This document shows positions 8,516 through 17,354 of a DNA stretch of 54,627 nt, in pieces. The notes under the pieces were generated by a model. The model made no database searches. It was not told the DNA's origin and saw only the letters and a program-made list of their open reading frames with translations. How positions within the stretch are numbered: the first letter of the stretch is position 1; every line of letters starts with the position of its first letter. The position numbers and the translations under genes are program-made. The DNA lies in IMG/VR virus record IMGVR_UViG_3300045988_061949; one strand, 5' to 3'. The stretch comes from a virus.

Positions 8516-9373
8516 TTGGAATTGTATTTTGCCGGTGATTGTAATAAGAATGTTGAAGACTTCATGTTTAAGAAGAATTGTAAGAGATTATTTAGTTATT
8601 ACAGAGACCGTAGTTCGATAAAAAAATATATTGAAAAAGGAGGAAAACAAATATTTCTTGATTCCGGCGCTTTTAGTGCATATAACTCAGGAGCAACAAT
8701 TAATATAGATGAGTTGTGTAATTATGCAAATTCTATTTCTGAGTACTGTACATTTATTGCTTGTTTAGATGTTATTGGAGATGCAGAACAATCATATACA
8801 AATTATATCTATATGCGTAGAAAATTAAAAGAACCAAATAAATTAATTGCTTGTTTTCATGCAAATGAACCAATAGAATATTTATATAAATATTTAACTT
8901 ATGTAGATAACTATGGAAAATTATCAAATCTTGCTTTAGGTGGGGTTGCTCAGTTGCCAGGTTCCTCTATTCGTCCTTTTTTGGATATGTGTGAACCTAT
9001 ATGTAGTAAATATCCGGATGTATGGATTCATGCTTTTGGTTTAACCAATTTTCCTCTAGTTGAATGTTATTCTTTTATTGATTCTATTGATAGCACAAAA
9101 CATATTATGCAACCAATATATGGACATTTAATATTACCACCTAAATATAAGTGTATATCAATTGGTAAGAACTCAAGATACAAAGATTATATTTCCACAA
9201 CTGATAATAAGATAATAAAGACTATATGTTCTAAAATAAACTTGACTATCCAAGATTTGATTGATACTGATTGGTGTAGAAGTATTTTTTATGTTGAAGT
9301 TATGTTAGAGTGGTTAAAAAAATATAATGAAAAAAATACACATATTACAGTAAAAAGAAAAAAATTATTTTAA
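8516..9373 (+). CDS. dpdA: DpdA-like DNA-guanine transglycosylase (TGT superfamily)
   Basis: FLDSGAFS, LALGGVAQ and WIHAFGL motifs in TGT/DpdA order. TTG start 9 nt after GGAGG (alternative ATG at 8489). It sits next to queD, queE and folE. Confidence 0.65.
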   Translation: MELYFAGDCNKNVEDFMFKKNCKRLFSYYRDRSSIKKYIEKGGKQIFLDSGAFSAYNSGATINIDELCNYANSISEYCTFIACLDVIGDAEQSYTNYIYMRRKLKEPNKLIACFHANEPIEYLYKYLTYVDNYGKLSNLALGGVAQLPGSSIRPFLDMCEPICSKYPDVWIHAFGLTNFPLVECYSFIDSIDSTKHIMQPIYGHLILPPKYKCISIGKNSRYKDYISTTDNKIIKTICSKINLTIQDLIDTDWCRSIFYVEVMLEWLKKYNEKNTHITVKRKKLF

Positions 9374-9387
9374 GGAGGATATTAATA

Positions 9388-10236
9388 ATGGAAGAAAAAA
9401 AGATTGTGAAAAAAATTGAAGAAGGTATGGACCCACAAGATGTTCTTTGCACCACTTATCAGATGAGAAATTTTTATATGCAGTTTCGAGATGGATTTTT
9501 TTCTAATTTGGATGTGATGAATTATATCCAGCATCATGCAGTTGCTTTGATGGCAAAAAAAGGAATGAATGTTGTGGACGTTTGTTGTGGACGTTCCTTA
9601 GTATTACCTTTGTTAAGATATTATGCCAGGGATATTAATAGTTATACTGGAGTGGATATTTGTTTCACAAATATAAGAGAGGCAAAAAGAGATGCAAGTG
9701 CAAAAGTATTAAAGGAAGAAGACTTGGAAGAATATTATCCATTTAAAACAGATTGGATACTTTCAAATGTAGCAGAAATGTCTAATCATATAGAGAAAGG
9801 TTTTGCTGATTTGGTTATTTACACATCTGCATTGGAACATATGCATAAAGATGTTGGAACACAAAGTCTTATAGAGTGTCATAAGATTATGAATAAAGAT
9901 TCCATTATGTTTCTTAGTTGTCCAAATACTCCAGGAAATGGTTATGAAACACAATATGCCGCACACGTTTATGAATGGGGTTACGATGAATTAAAAGAAA
10001 AACTTAATGAACTTGGATTTGAAATAATCAATGAAGTTGGTTTGGTTATGAAAGTCAAGAAAATGAAAGAGTTTTTCTCCAGTGATAAAGTTTCAAAAGA
10101 TATGAAAGATTTCTATAATAAGATGTCTTTATATATGCCGAGTGCATGGTTGAGCTCCATTGTAAGCATTCCATATCCAAAGGAATCAGATGAAATATTA
10201 TTTATAGTTAAGAAAAAATCTAAGAAACTTTTCTAA
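9388..10236 (+). CDS. Class I SAM-dependent methyltransferase of small-molecule type (not a DPPY or PCQ DNA methyltransferase)
   Basis: Motif I VVDVCCGRS, YTGVDI, and DLVIYTSALEHM. GGAGG RBS. C-terminus KKKSKKLF. Confidence 0.7.
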   Translation: MEEKKIVKKIEEGMDPQDVLCTTYQMRNFYMQFRDGFFSNLDVMNYIQHHAVALMAKKGMNVVDVCCGRSLVLPLLRYYARDINSYTGVDICFTNIREAKRDASAKVLKEEDLEEYYPFKTDWILSNVAEMSNHIEKGFADLVIYTSALEHMHKDVGTQSLIECHKIMNKDSIMFLSCPNTPGNGYETQYAAHVYEWGYDELKEKLNELGFEIINEVGLVMKVKKMKEFFSSDKVSKDMKDFYNKMSLYMPSAWLSSIVSIPYPKESDEILFIVKKKSKKLF

Positions 10237-10243
10237 AAAAGCA

Positions 10244-10272
10244 TTGACAAATATCCTTTTATGTATTACAAT
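10244..10272 (+). promoter_or_regulatory. Conserved promoter, copy 2 (TTGACA-N17-TACAAT)
   Basis: Hexamers at 10244-10249 and 10267-10272. The spacer contains TTTTATGTAT. Confidence 0.8.
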
Positions 10273-10323
10273 ATAAATATATTAAAAAGATAATATGTAT
10301 GACATAAAAGGAGGATTGATATT

Positions 10324-10866
10324 ATGTATTATTTATCAAAGCGAGACAACGCAACAAAAATAAAAGTAGACGAGGGTTATTCTAATGAGAACACTGTAAT
10401 GATTGAATATCTTAATGGACCTAAACAAGGAAAAGCTGTTCCTATCACTCGTAGCACTTTAAAGAGATGGTGGAAAAAAGTTGAGCAAGAAAATACATCG
10501 GTGCAGATGCCTAGTACTGAAAAATTAGAAAATGTTAAAAATGTTTGCCCAATTAAAAAAACAACCAAAAAAATTGACAGAACAGAAGATGTAGAAAAAA
10601 TAGTTAAGATGCTTATTGATGATTATGTGTATAAATATTATGATTCAGTAAATTGTTATAAAGTGTATGATATTATGGCACAGAATCATGTTATTGCAGA
10701 AATATATCCACAAAGAAAGAAGATTGTTTGTTATTTACGTTCTTTAGAAGGTATGGACTTATCAAAAACTATTTTCCACAAGCAAGGTTATAAGTATTAT
10801 CTACCTTGTCGAGCAGATATCTCATATGATGATGATTTTATTTCTATATTGAAAAACTTTTTATAG
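10324..10866 (+). CDS. Hypothetical protein inserted within the deazaguanine cluster
   Basis: 180-aa ORF with GGAGG RBS. Its N-terminus MYYLSKR mirrors the QueD N-terminus MYYVSKR. Confidence 0.7.
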   Translation: MYYLSKRDNATKIKVDEGYSNENTVMIEYLNGPKQGKAVPITRSTLKRWWKKVEQENTSVQMPSTEKLENVKNVCPIKKTTKKIDRTEDVEKIVKMLIDDYVYKYYDSVNCYKVYDIMAQNHVIAEIYPQRKKIVCYLRSLEGMDLSKTIFHKQGYKYYLPCRADISYDDDFISILKNFL

Positions 10867-10879
10867 GAGGATTAAAAAT

Positions 10880-11233
10880 ATGTATTATGTATCAAAAAGA
10901 ATGGAAATAGCAGGAGCTCATCATTTAGAACTCCCGTATGATAGCAAGTGTGAGAATCTGCATGGACATAATTGGATAGTTACTGTTTATTGTAAATCGG
11001 ACAAGCTCACTGATTATGGAATGATTGTAGATTTTACAAAAATTAAAAAAGAGATACACGATAAGTTAGACCATGCTTGTATTAATGATGTTGTGTATCC
11101 TCTTAATCCAACTGCTGAGAATATGGCAAAATGGATATGCAAAAGAGTTTCAGATATCTGTGAAGTTGGTCAGTGTTACAAAGTAGAAGTTCAAGAAAGC
11201 GAAGGCAATATCGCCGTTTATATGGAGGATTAA
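10880..11233 (+). CDS. queD: 6-carboxy-5,6,7,8-tetrahydropterin synthase
   Basis: CENLHGHNW motif, 117 aa, adjacent to queE. Confidence 0.85.
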   Translation: MYYVSKRMEIAGAHHLELPYDSKCENLHGHNWIVTVYCKSDKLTDYGMIVDFTKIKKEIHDKLDHACINDVVYPLNPTAENMAKWICKRVSDICEVGQCYKVEVQESEGNIAVYMED

Positions 11234-11237
11234 AAAA

Positions 11238-11882
11238 ATGAAAGTAGTAGAAATATTTAAGAGCATTGATGGTGAGGGTAAGCGAGCTGGCTTACCTACC
11301 ACCTTTATAAGATTATTTGGATGCAATTTGAATTGCTCTTATTGTGATACACGATATGGGTGTGAAGGAGAAGGATATTCAATTATGAGTATTCCACAGA
11401 TTGTTAATGCAGTGGAAAGAGGTGGCATTCATTCAGTAACAATAACTGGAGGAGAACCTCTTGTGCATCCAGGTATTAATAAACTTGTTAATATATTATT
11501 GGAAAAAGGTTACTGGGTAAATATCGAGACTAATGGTTCACAGTACATTGGAAAATTTCCAGTAAATCCACTTTTATTCTTCACCATGGACTATAAATGC
11601 CCTTCAAGTGGTATGGAAAATCATATGGATTGTCATAACTTTAGATTACTGTCAAGGAATGATGTGCTTAAATTTGTTGTAGGTAGTCAGGAGGATTTGA
11701 ATAAAGCATTACAAGTTATTGAGAAATATAATCCACATGCACAGATATATTTTAGTCCAGTATTTGGTGAAATTGAACCTAAAGAAATAGTGGATTATTT
11801 ATTAAAGCATAAGATGTATGACTGTAAAGTTCAGATTCAGTTACATAAGATTATATGGAATCCAAATGAGAGAGGTGTCTAA
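11238..11882 (+). CDS. queE: 7-carboxy-7-deazaguanine synthase (radical SAM)
   Basis: [10 protein letters not shown] radical-SAM cluster motif, ITGGEPL, 214 aa. Confidence 0.85.
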   Translation: MKVVEIFKSIDGEGKRAGLPTTFIRLFGCNLNCSYCDTRYGCEGEGYSIMSIPQIVNAVERGGIHSVTITGGEPLVHPGINKLVNILLEKGYWVNIETNGSQYIGKFPVNPLLFFTMDYKCPSSGMENHMDCHNFRLLSRNDVLKFVVGSQEDLNKALQVIEKYNPHAQIYFSPVFGEIEPKEIVDYLLKHKMYDCKVQIQLHKIIWNPNERGV

Positions 11883-11884
11883 CA

Positions 11885-12457
11885 ATGATTGATAAGAAAA
11901 GAATAGAGAAAGCAATCAAGGAAATATTAATTGCATTAGGAGATGACCCAGATAGACCGGGACTTGTAGATACACCAAAGAGAGTGGCAAAGATGTATGA
12001 AGAAGTATTTGAAGGTATGAATTATACTAATGCAGAAATTGCAGATAAATTCTGTAAATGCTTTGATACTGATAATAATGATTTAGTTGTTGTACAGGAT
12101 ATTCCAATATTTAGTTACTGTGAACATCATTTAGCTCTTATGTATAACATGACTGTTTCTATCGCTTATATACCTAATGGCAAAGTATTAGGATTAAGTA
12201 AGTTTGCTCGTATTGCTGATATGGTTGGAAAGCGACTACAGCTTCAGGAGAGAATAGGTTCAGATATTGCTGAGATTGTACAGATGGCAACCGGTTCAAA
12301 TGATGTATTAGTAGTTGTACAAGGAGAACATAGTTGTATGACTGCAAGAGGTATCAAGAGTCGAGGAGCTAAGACAAGAACAGCCACTATAAGAGGTGAG
12401 TTCAATGATAATGTTGAATTAAGAAAAGAAGCTTATTCATTAATGAACTTGAATTAA
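11885..12457 (+). CDS. folE: GTP cyclohydrolase I
   Basis: CEHHL, QLQERI and GEHSCM motifs. Confidence 0.9.
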   Translation: MIDKKRIEKAIKEILIALGDDPDRPGLVDTPKRVAKMYEEVFEGMNYTNAEIADKFCKCFDTDNNDLVVVQDIPIFSYCEHHLALMYNMTVSIAYIPNGKVLGLSKFARIADMVGKRLQLQERIGSDIAEIVQMATGSNDVLVVVQGEHSCMTARGIKSRGAKTRTATIRGEFNDNVELRKEAYSLMNLN

Positions 12458-12469
12458 AGGAGGAACAAA

Positions 12470-13564
12470 ATGAAAGTAGTAACAAGCAGAATGAAAGAAG
12501 CAGTAAACAAAGCAATTAAAGGAGCAGGATTTAATAATCTTATTCCTATTACCTCAATGATAGGTATTAAGTTATCAGATGGAAAGTTAAGATTGCTTAC
12601 AACAGATATGACTAATACATTATGTATTATCATCGACAAAGTAGCCGGAGACGATATGGACATCACAGTAGATGCAGATAAGTTTGGAAAATTGATTGCA
12701 AAGACAACATCTGAGGATATTGACTTATCTGTAAAAGATGATGTACTTTTTGTAAAAGCAAATGGAACTTATAAGATTCCATTGATTTCAGATGAGGAAG
12801 GACTTATCTCATTCCCAGATATTAAGTCAATGGACGATAAGAATGTGCAGTGTATGACTAAGCTGTCAAGCGTTATGCAGGCCTATAATATTAATAAATC
12901 AGCACTTGCAAAGACATTAGAAAATCCAGCTTTAACTGGTTACTATTGTGGGGATACTGTTATTAGTACGGATGCAAATGTAATCACATTCAATGGATTT
13001 AAGATGTTTGATTGTGAACAGCCAATTCTTATTTCCGCTCAGCAGATGCAGTTATTGACACTGAATACAAAGGAAGATATTGTGGTTTTTATAGGAAGAA
13101 CGAGTATTCAGTTTGTGACAGAAGATGTGGTTATTGATGGGGCATTAATGGAGGGAATTGAAGATTTCCCAGCTAACGAGGTAAACGCTTATCTTGATGA
13201 GGCATTTACATCTTCCTGCAAAGTACCAAAGGATTTACTTCTTTCCGTACTTGATAGACTTGCATTATTCATTGAGCCTTATGATAAGAATGGAGCATAT
13301 TTCACATTTGGAAGAAAAGGTATTAATATTCATAGTAAAAAGGATGCTTCAACAGAGACTATCAACTATGTAGAAAGTAAGGACTTTGAACCATTTGTAT
13401 GTTGTGTAGATATTCCAATGCTGAAAGAACAGTTGCAGGCTAATCCAGATGATATAGTGAAGATTTGCTATGGAAATGAAAATGCTTTGAAGATTGAGAG
13501 TGGAAAAGTAACACAGGTTATAGCTTTGCTTGAGGATGAAGAATTAGATAATAAATCTGAATAA
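12470..13564 (+). CDS. dnaN: Sliding clamp (DNA polymerase III beta-like)
   Basis: 364 aa. The N-terminal pattern (IPITSMIGIKLSDGKLRLLTTDMT ... VDADKFGKLI ... SFPDI) parallels DnaN domain I. Confidence 0.6.
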   Translation: MKVVTSRMKEAVNKAIKGAGFNNLIPITSMIGIKLSDGKLRLLTTDMTNTLCIIIDKVAGDDMDITVDADKFGKLIAKTTSEDIDLSVKDDVLFVKANGTYKIPLISDEEGLISFPDIKSMDDKNVQCMTKLSSVMQAYNINKSALAKTLENPALTGYYCGDTVISTDANVITFNGFKMFDCEQPILISAQQMQLLTLNTKEDIVVFIGRTSIQFVTEDVVIDGALMEGIEDFPANEVNAYLDEAFTSSCKVPKDLLLSVLDRLALFIEPYDKNGAYFTFGRKGINIHSKKDASTETINYVESKDFEPFVCCVDIPMLKEQLQANPDDIVKICYGNENALKIESGKVTQVIALLEDEELDNKSE

Positions 13565-13574
13565 GCATACATAC

Positions 13575-13603
13575 TTTACAAGATGATTAATTTGTATTAT
13601 AAT
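13575..13603 (+). promoter_or_regulatory. Promoter TTTACA-N17-TATAAT
   Basis: Hexamers at 13575-13580 and 13598-13603. The spacer was counted as 17. Confidence 0.6.
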
Positions 13604-13609
13604 AAAGTT

Positions 13610-13706
13610 GTGACAGATTAGGATAGGTTTCTTAGCCGTTCTTTTCGTTCATTACGTTTACCTCCTGTAAAAATCCTCTTAGTTTAAATACTAGGAGGAT
13701 TTTTTA
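13610..13706 (+). ncRNA. Candidate small RNA of about 95 nt, running from the promoter to an intrinsic terminator and carrying a CCTCCT anti-SD
   Basis: No ORF. Bounded by the 13575 promoter and the 13672 terminator. CCTCCT at 13661-13666. Confidence 0.4.
13672..13706 (+). terminator. Rho-independent terminator
   Basis: AATCCTCTTAG / CTAGGAGGATT stem (one G-U pair), 8-nt loop, followed by a T-run. Confidence 0.8.
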
Positions 13707-13726
13707 TGTATTTTTATAAAAAACTA

Positions 13727-13755
13727 TTGACAAATATAGTTTTATGTATTACAAT
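13727..13755 (+). promoter_or_regulatory. Conserved promoter, copy 3 (TTGACA-N17-TACAAT)
   Basis: Hexamers at 13727-13732 and 13750-13755. ATGTATT lies upstream and AATACAT downstream. Confidence 0.8.
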
Positions 13756-13808
13756 ATAAACATAATAAAACAAAGAACAAAATACATAAAAAACAGGAGG
13801 AACAAAAT

Positions 13809-13946
13809 ATGTTAATGGTAGTTAGAATGAATAAAGAAAATGATACAGCAGAGATATTATTTGAGAGTGAAAGTCATATGGAATGTGAATTTTTCGTAGA
13901 CACATTAAGTGATAAATCTAATATTGAGATTTGTGATAAGTATTAA
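13809..13946 (+). CDS. Small hypothetical protein (45 aa, below the ORF-track cutoff)
   Basis: AGGAGG 8 nt upstream of the ATG. Translated by hand to MLMVVRMNKEND...CDKY. Confidence 0.5.
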   Translation: MLMVVRMNKENDTAEILFESESHMECEFFVDTLSDKSNIEICDKY

Positions 13947-13959
13947 AGGAGGGCATGAA

Positions 13960-14757
13960 GTGAGCAGAAGATTATTAAACTTAATCAATAACAATCAGCC
14001 ACAACTTCCTGCAAATAAGAAGTTTCTGACAGATGTTATGAGTTGTATTGAAAGAACTGAACAAGAAGGAAGAAGAACAGGAAGTAATTATTATAAGTCA
14101 TCTTCCTTGCATTGTATGAGAAATATGTATTTCACTCGTACAAGAGCACCGCAAGACCCAGAGGTTGTAGAATATAATTCAACAGGAATGGCAGATACAG
14201 GAACAGCAAGACATGAAGCCTTACAAAATGCATTGTTGAATTTACAGAAAATGGGGTATGATTGGAAATATCTTGATGTTGCGGAATATGTGAAAGAAAA
14301 ACAGAAATTTGGAAAATGTAAATCCTTGATAGTGAAAGAAAAGCAAGGAGCAGAAACACATCTTATAGATATTGCGCTGAATCTATCTTTTAGATGTGAT
14401 GGAATTATAAGGAGGATATCTACAAACGAGGATTACTTATGGGAGTTCAAGAATGTAGTATCATTCAAATATAACCAGTTAGATAACCATTGTTTAGAGC
14501 AACATCATAATCAAGTTATATGTTATTGTACTGCATTAGACTTGGATAAGGCTTTTGTTATGTACGAAAATAGAGATATCTGTACACTTGAGGTTCCAGA
14601 AGTGTTTGAAGTCACTCAGGATATGAAAAACTGGTTGTGCAATTATATTTCAGAGTGTGAGGGATATGTAGAAAGAATGATTGCACCACCAAAGACAGAA
14701 TATACAAGGAACTGTAGATGGTGTCCATACAAGACGATATGCAGAAAGGTAGGATAA
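13960..14757 (+). CDS. Cas4/RecB-like PD-(D/E)XK exonuclease with a 4-Cys cluster
   Basis: One N-terminal Cys (SSLHCMRN), then CDGII ... LWEFKN (D...ExK), then C-terminal CRWCPYKTIC. GTG start after AAGGAGGG. Confidence 0.7.
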   Translation: MSRRLLNLINNNQPQLPANKKFLTDVMSCIERTEQEGRRTGSNYYKSSSLHCMRNMYFTRTRAPQDPEVVEYNSTGMADTGTARHEALQNALLNLQKMGYDWKYLDVAEYVKEKQKFGKCKSLIVKEKQGAETHLIDIALNLSFRCDGIIRRISTNEDYLWEFKNVVSFKYNQLDNHCLEQHHNQVICYCTALDLDKAFVMYENRDICTLEVPEVFEVTQDMKNWLCNYISECEGYVERMIAPPKTEYTRNCRWCPYKTICRKVG

Positions 14758-14759
14758 AA

Positions 14760-15035
14760 ATGAAGACAACATTTACTGGAACTCCTTTTATGGATTTATT
14801 TGACAAATTACCAGAAATAAATGAAGAAGCTAATAAAGAAAATGTAAGAGTATTTGAACAATATGGCATAAAGTGCAGTAACGAATTAAGACATACTTGT
14901 GTCTTATGTGGCAAAAAAGTTAATATAGAAGGTTCTGTATCAAGTCATGGGCATAGGATGATTTGCACTCAATGTGTTTATAAATATTTTGAAGGCGATT
15001 ATAGTGCTGTATTTGAATGGAATAAGGAGAGATAG
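14760..15035 (+). CDS. Zinc-ribbon hypothetical protein
   Basis: CVLCGKK ... CTQC. The ATG lies 3 nt after the upstream stop. Confidence 0.6.
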   Translation: MKTTFTGTPFMDLFDKLPEINEEANKENVRVFEQYGIKCSNELRHTCVLCGKKVNIEGSVSSHGHRMICTQCVYKYFEGDYSAVFEWNKER

Positions 15036-15036
15036 A

Positions 15037-15507
15037 ATGATATATATAGGAATTGACCCAGGAAAAAATGGCGGAATAGCTATATTAAGAGTACAAAATA
15101 ATCAATTTGTTAGTGCATCTACATATGTTTTTGATGAAACTACATTAATAAATATATTAGATGAAATACATTGTAATTATTGTTGCAAATGTACATTGGA
15201 GCATGTTCATGCAATGCCTAAGCAGGGAGTATCAAGCACTTTCAATTTTGGAATGAATTTTGGTTTTATTCAAGGAGTATTAAAAGCATATGGAATACCT
15301 TATGAACTTGTCACTCCTCAGAAATGGAAGAAAGAGTTTTCTTGTACTTCTGATAAAAATACATCTATCGAAGTATGCAAGAGATTATTCCCAAATGTAA
15401 ATCTGAAAGCAACAGACAGATGCAAGAAAGACCATGACGGGATGACAGAGGCATTGTTGATTGCAGAGTATGGAAGGAGACATTTTAATGATAAAGAAAG
15501 TAACTAA
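15037..15507 (+). CDS. RuvC-like Holliday junction resolvase
   Basis: MIYIGIDPGKNGG N-terminus and a later DHDGMTEAL acidic motif. AAGGAGA RBS. Confidence 0.7.
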   Translation: MIYIGIDPGKNGGIAILRVQNNQFVSASTYVFDETTLINILDEIHCNYCCKCTLEHVHAMPKQGVSSTFNFGMNFGFIQGVLKAYGIPYELVTPQKWKKEFSCTSDKNTSIEVCKRLFPNVNLKATDRCKKDHDGMTEALLIAEYGRRHFNDKESN

Positions 15508-15682
15508 TCGTTGTTCTAATTGTGATAAAAAATCTGTATGTAAGTACACAGCAGATATGAAAGATATTACTGATAGAGTAAATGGTCAATTAGCTTATAT
15601 TAATAAAGATTTACCATTCTCAATAGCAAGAATAGATTGTGATTATTTTTCAGTTGAAAAACCTATAACTAAAGGATGGTGA
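15488..15682 (+). CDS. Small Cys-containing hypothetical protein
   Basis: GGAGA RBS. ORF begins MIKKVTNRCSNCDKKSVC. Confidence 0.5.
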   Translation: MIKKVTNRCSNCDKKSVCKYTADMKDITDRVNGQLAYINKDLPFSIARIDCDYFSVEKPITKGW

Positions 15683-15688
15683 TAGTAA

Positions 15689-16243
15689 ATGGCAAGTCGT
15701 AGAGAAGGAATAAAAGTAAATAACGAACAACCAAAAACCGCTGAATCCATAATGAGAAGTGTGGATAACCTAAGTGATACAGTTAAGGAAATATCAAATA
15801 AGCTTGTAAATAATTATTGCAAGTCACTTGATGTAGAAATGGATATTATTAGATTAGAGTTGAAAGAAAATAATTCTTTAACTGATGATACATTAGAGAA
15901 GCATATATTAGAATTAGCAAATATATTATATTTCACTGGTTCCGCTCAAGAAGATTTAGGCATTAAAGAAGATACTTGCAAAGCTATAAGACAAGAAGTA
16001 TATTCAAAAGCAAGAGAACAGGCTACAGGAAAAACAGTTGCAGATAAAACCGCACAAGCAGAACTTATATCACAAGCAGAAACAATGACACTTGCTATAT
16101 ATTCAAGAGCGTATAAGAAAGTAAAATTGAGAATGGATGCTGGGTATGAAATGCTTAATAGTTTGAAAAAAGTAATGAATAAACGTATCACAGAAATGGA
16201 ACTATCAAATAGTAGATATATCAATAAAAGTGAGGTGAATTAG
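15689..16243 (+). CDS. Hypothetical protein, predicted to be largely helical
   Basis: 184-aa ORF in operon context. Confidence 0.65.
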   Translation: MASRREGIKVNNEQPKTAESIMRSVDNLSDTVKEISNKLVNNYCKSLDVEMDIIRLELKENNSLTDDTLEKHILELANILYFTGSAQEDLGIKEDTCKAIRQEVYSKAREQATGKTVADKTAQAELISQAETMTLAIYSRAYKKVKLRMDAGYEMLNSLKKVMNKRITEMELSNSRYINKSEVN

Positions 16244-16244
16244 C

Positions 16245-16409
16245 ATGACACTAGAAGATTATCAAAGAGCACGAGTAATCATACGGGATTTAGGGGCTTT
16301 AAATAACTGTTCGATTTCTTCTGCTGCTTCGGAAGAATTAAAAGAAGAATTTAGTGATTGGGTTAAGAAAAAGAAAGAATATTTACAAAACGAATTTGAT
16401 AAGATATAA
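16245..16409 (+). CDS. Small hypothetical protein (54 aa)
   Basis: Hand-translated ORF starting 1 nt after the upstream stop. Confidence 0.4.
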   Translation: MTLEDYQRARVIIRDLGALNNCSISSAASEELKEEFSDWVKKKKEYLQNEFDKI

Positions 16410-16575
16410 GAGGAATAACAAATGGTTTACGCTTGGGATAATGACAGTACACAAAATGCTCATATAAAGCATTCAAACGATAATAAGCAGAAAGCTTACA
16501 TGGAAAGACACTGAGACAATAAGACATATGAGAGATTTAAGCATATGCCGGATTATGGGAAAGGAGTATCAAACA

Positions 16576-16968
16576 ATGACAAATAGAGAGAAGTTTGCAG
16601 AACAGATTTTGAATATTGCTTGTGATGGTGACTCAATAGCAGTTAATAGAGTGACATCAGAACCAATAAGGTGTCATGGAACAGCGTGTAAAGAGTGTTT
16701 ATTTAACTTTAATAGCAATGAATGTTGCAGAGATGCTAGAAAAAGATGGGCGGATAGCGAATATGTTGAATCACCAATTGACTGGTCAAAAGTTGCAGTT
16801 GATACGCCAATACTGGTAACGCAGAGTGGTATTCTCAGGTGGGTTAAAAGGCATTTTGCGAAATATGAGAATGGAAGAGTTTATGCTTGGAATCATGGAA
16901 AAACATCATGGAGTAGCGATAGGTGTACACGATGGAAACTAGCTAAGCTTCCGGATAAGGAGCAGTAA
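16576..16968 (+). CDS. Hypothetical Cys-rich protein
   Basis: AAGGAG RBS 9 nt upstream of the internal ATG at 16576. Confidence 0.6.
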   Translation: MTNREKFAEQILNIACDGDSIAVNRVTSEPIRCHGTACKECLFNFNSNECCRDARKRWADSEYVESPIDWSKVAVDTPILVTQSGILRWVKRHFAKYENGRVYAWNHGKTSWSSDRCTRWKLAKLPDKEQ

Positions 16969-17354
16969 TGGAGAGATTAACAATACATTCAAAAAACAGT
17001 GATATGGTTTGGTTTAAGGATGCAGAGAATAGTAACGCACGCCTTGAACCATGTGAAATGACTGCACATCATAACAGAATGGCACTTGATAAGCTTGCCA
17101 CTTATGAGGACTTAGAGGAACAGGGCAGACTTATCAAGTTGCCTTGCAAGGTGGGAGATACAGTTTACGTTATTGTTGGAAAAAACATATCTGTACAGAA
17201 GATTCAAAGAGCAACGATTGATTCAGAAATGAAAATTGAATTTTGCACAAAAAGAAGAGGACTTGCATTGTTTGATATTGGTAAAACAGTATTCCTCACA
17301 AAATCCGAAGCCGAAGCAAAACTGAAAGAATTGAGAGGTGGAGAAAATGAGTAA
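16968..17354 (+). CDS. Hypothetical protein
   Basis: 128-aa ORF with start overlapping the upstream stop. Confidence 0.6.
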   Translation: MERLTIHSKNSDMVWFKDAENSNARLEPCEMTAHHNRMALDKLATYEDLEEQGRLIKLPCKVGDTVYVIVGKNISVQKIQRATIDSEMKIEFCTKRRGLALFDIGKTVFLTKSEAEAKLKELRGGENE

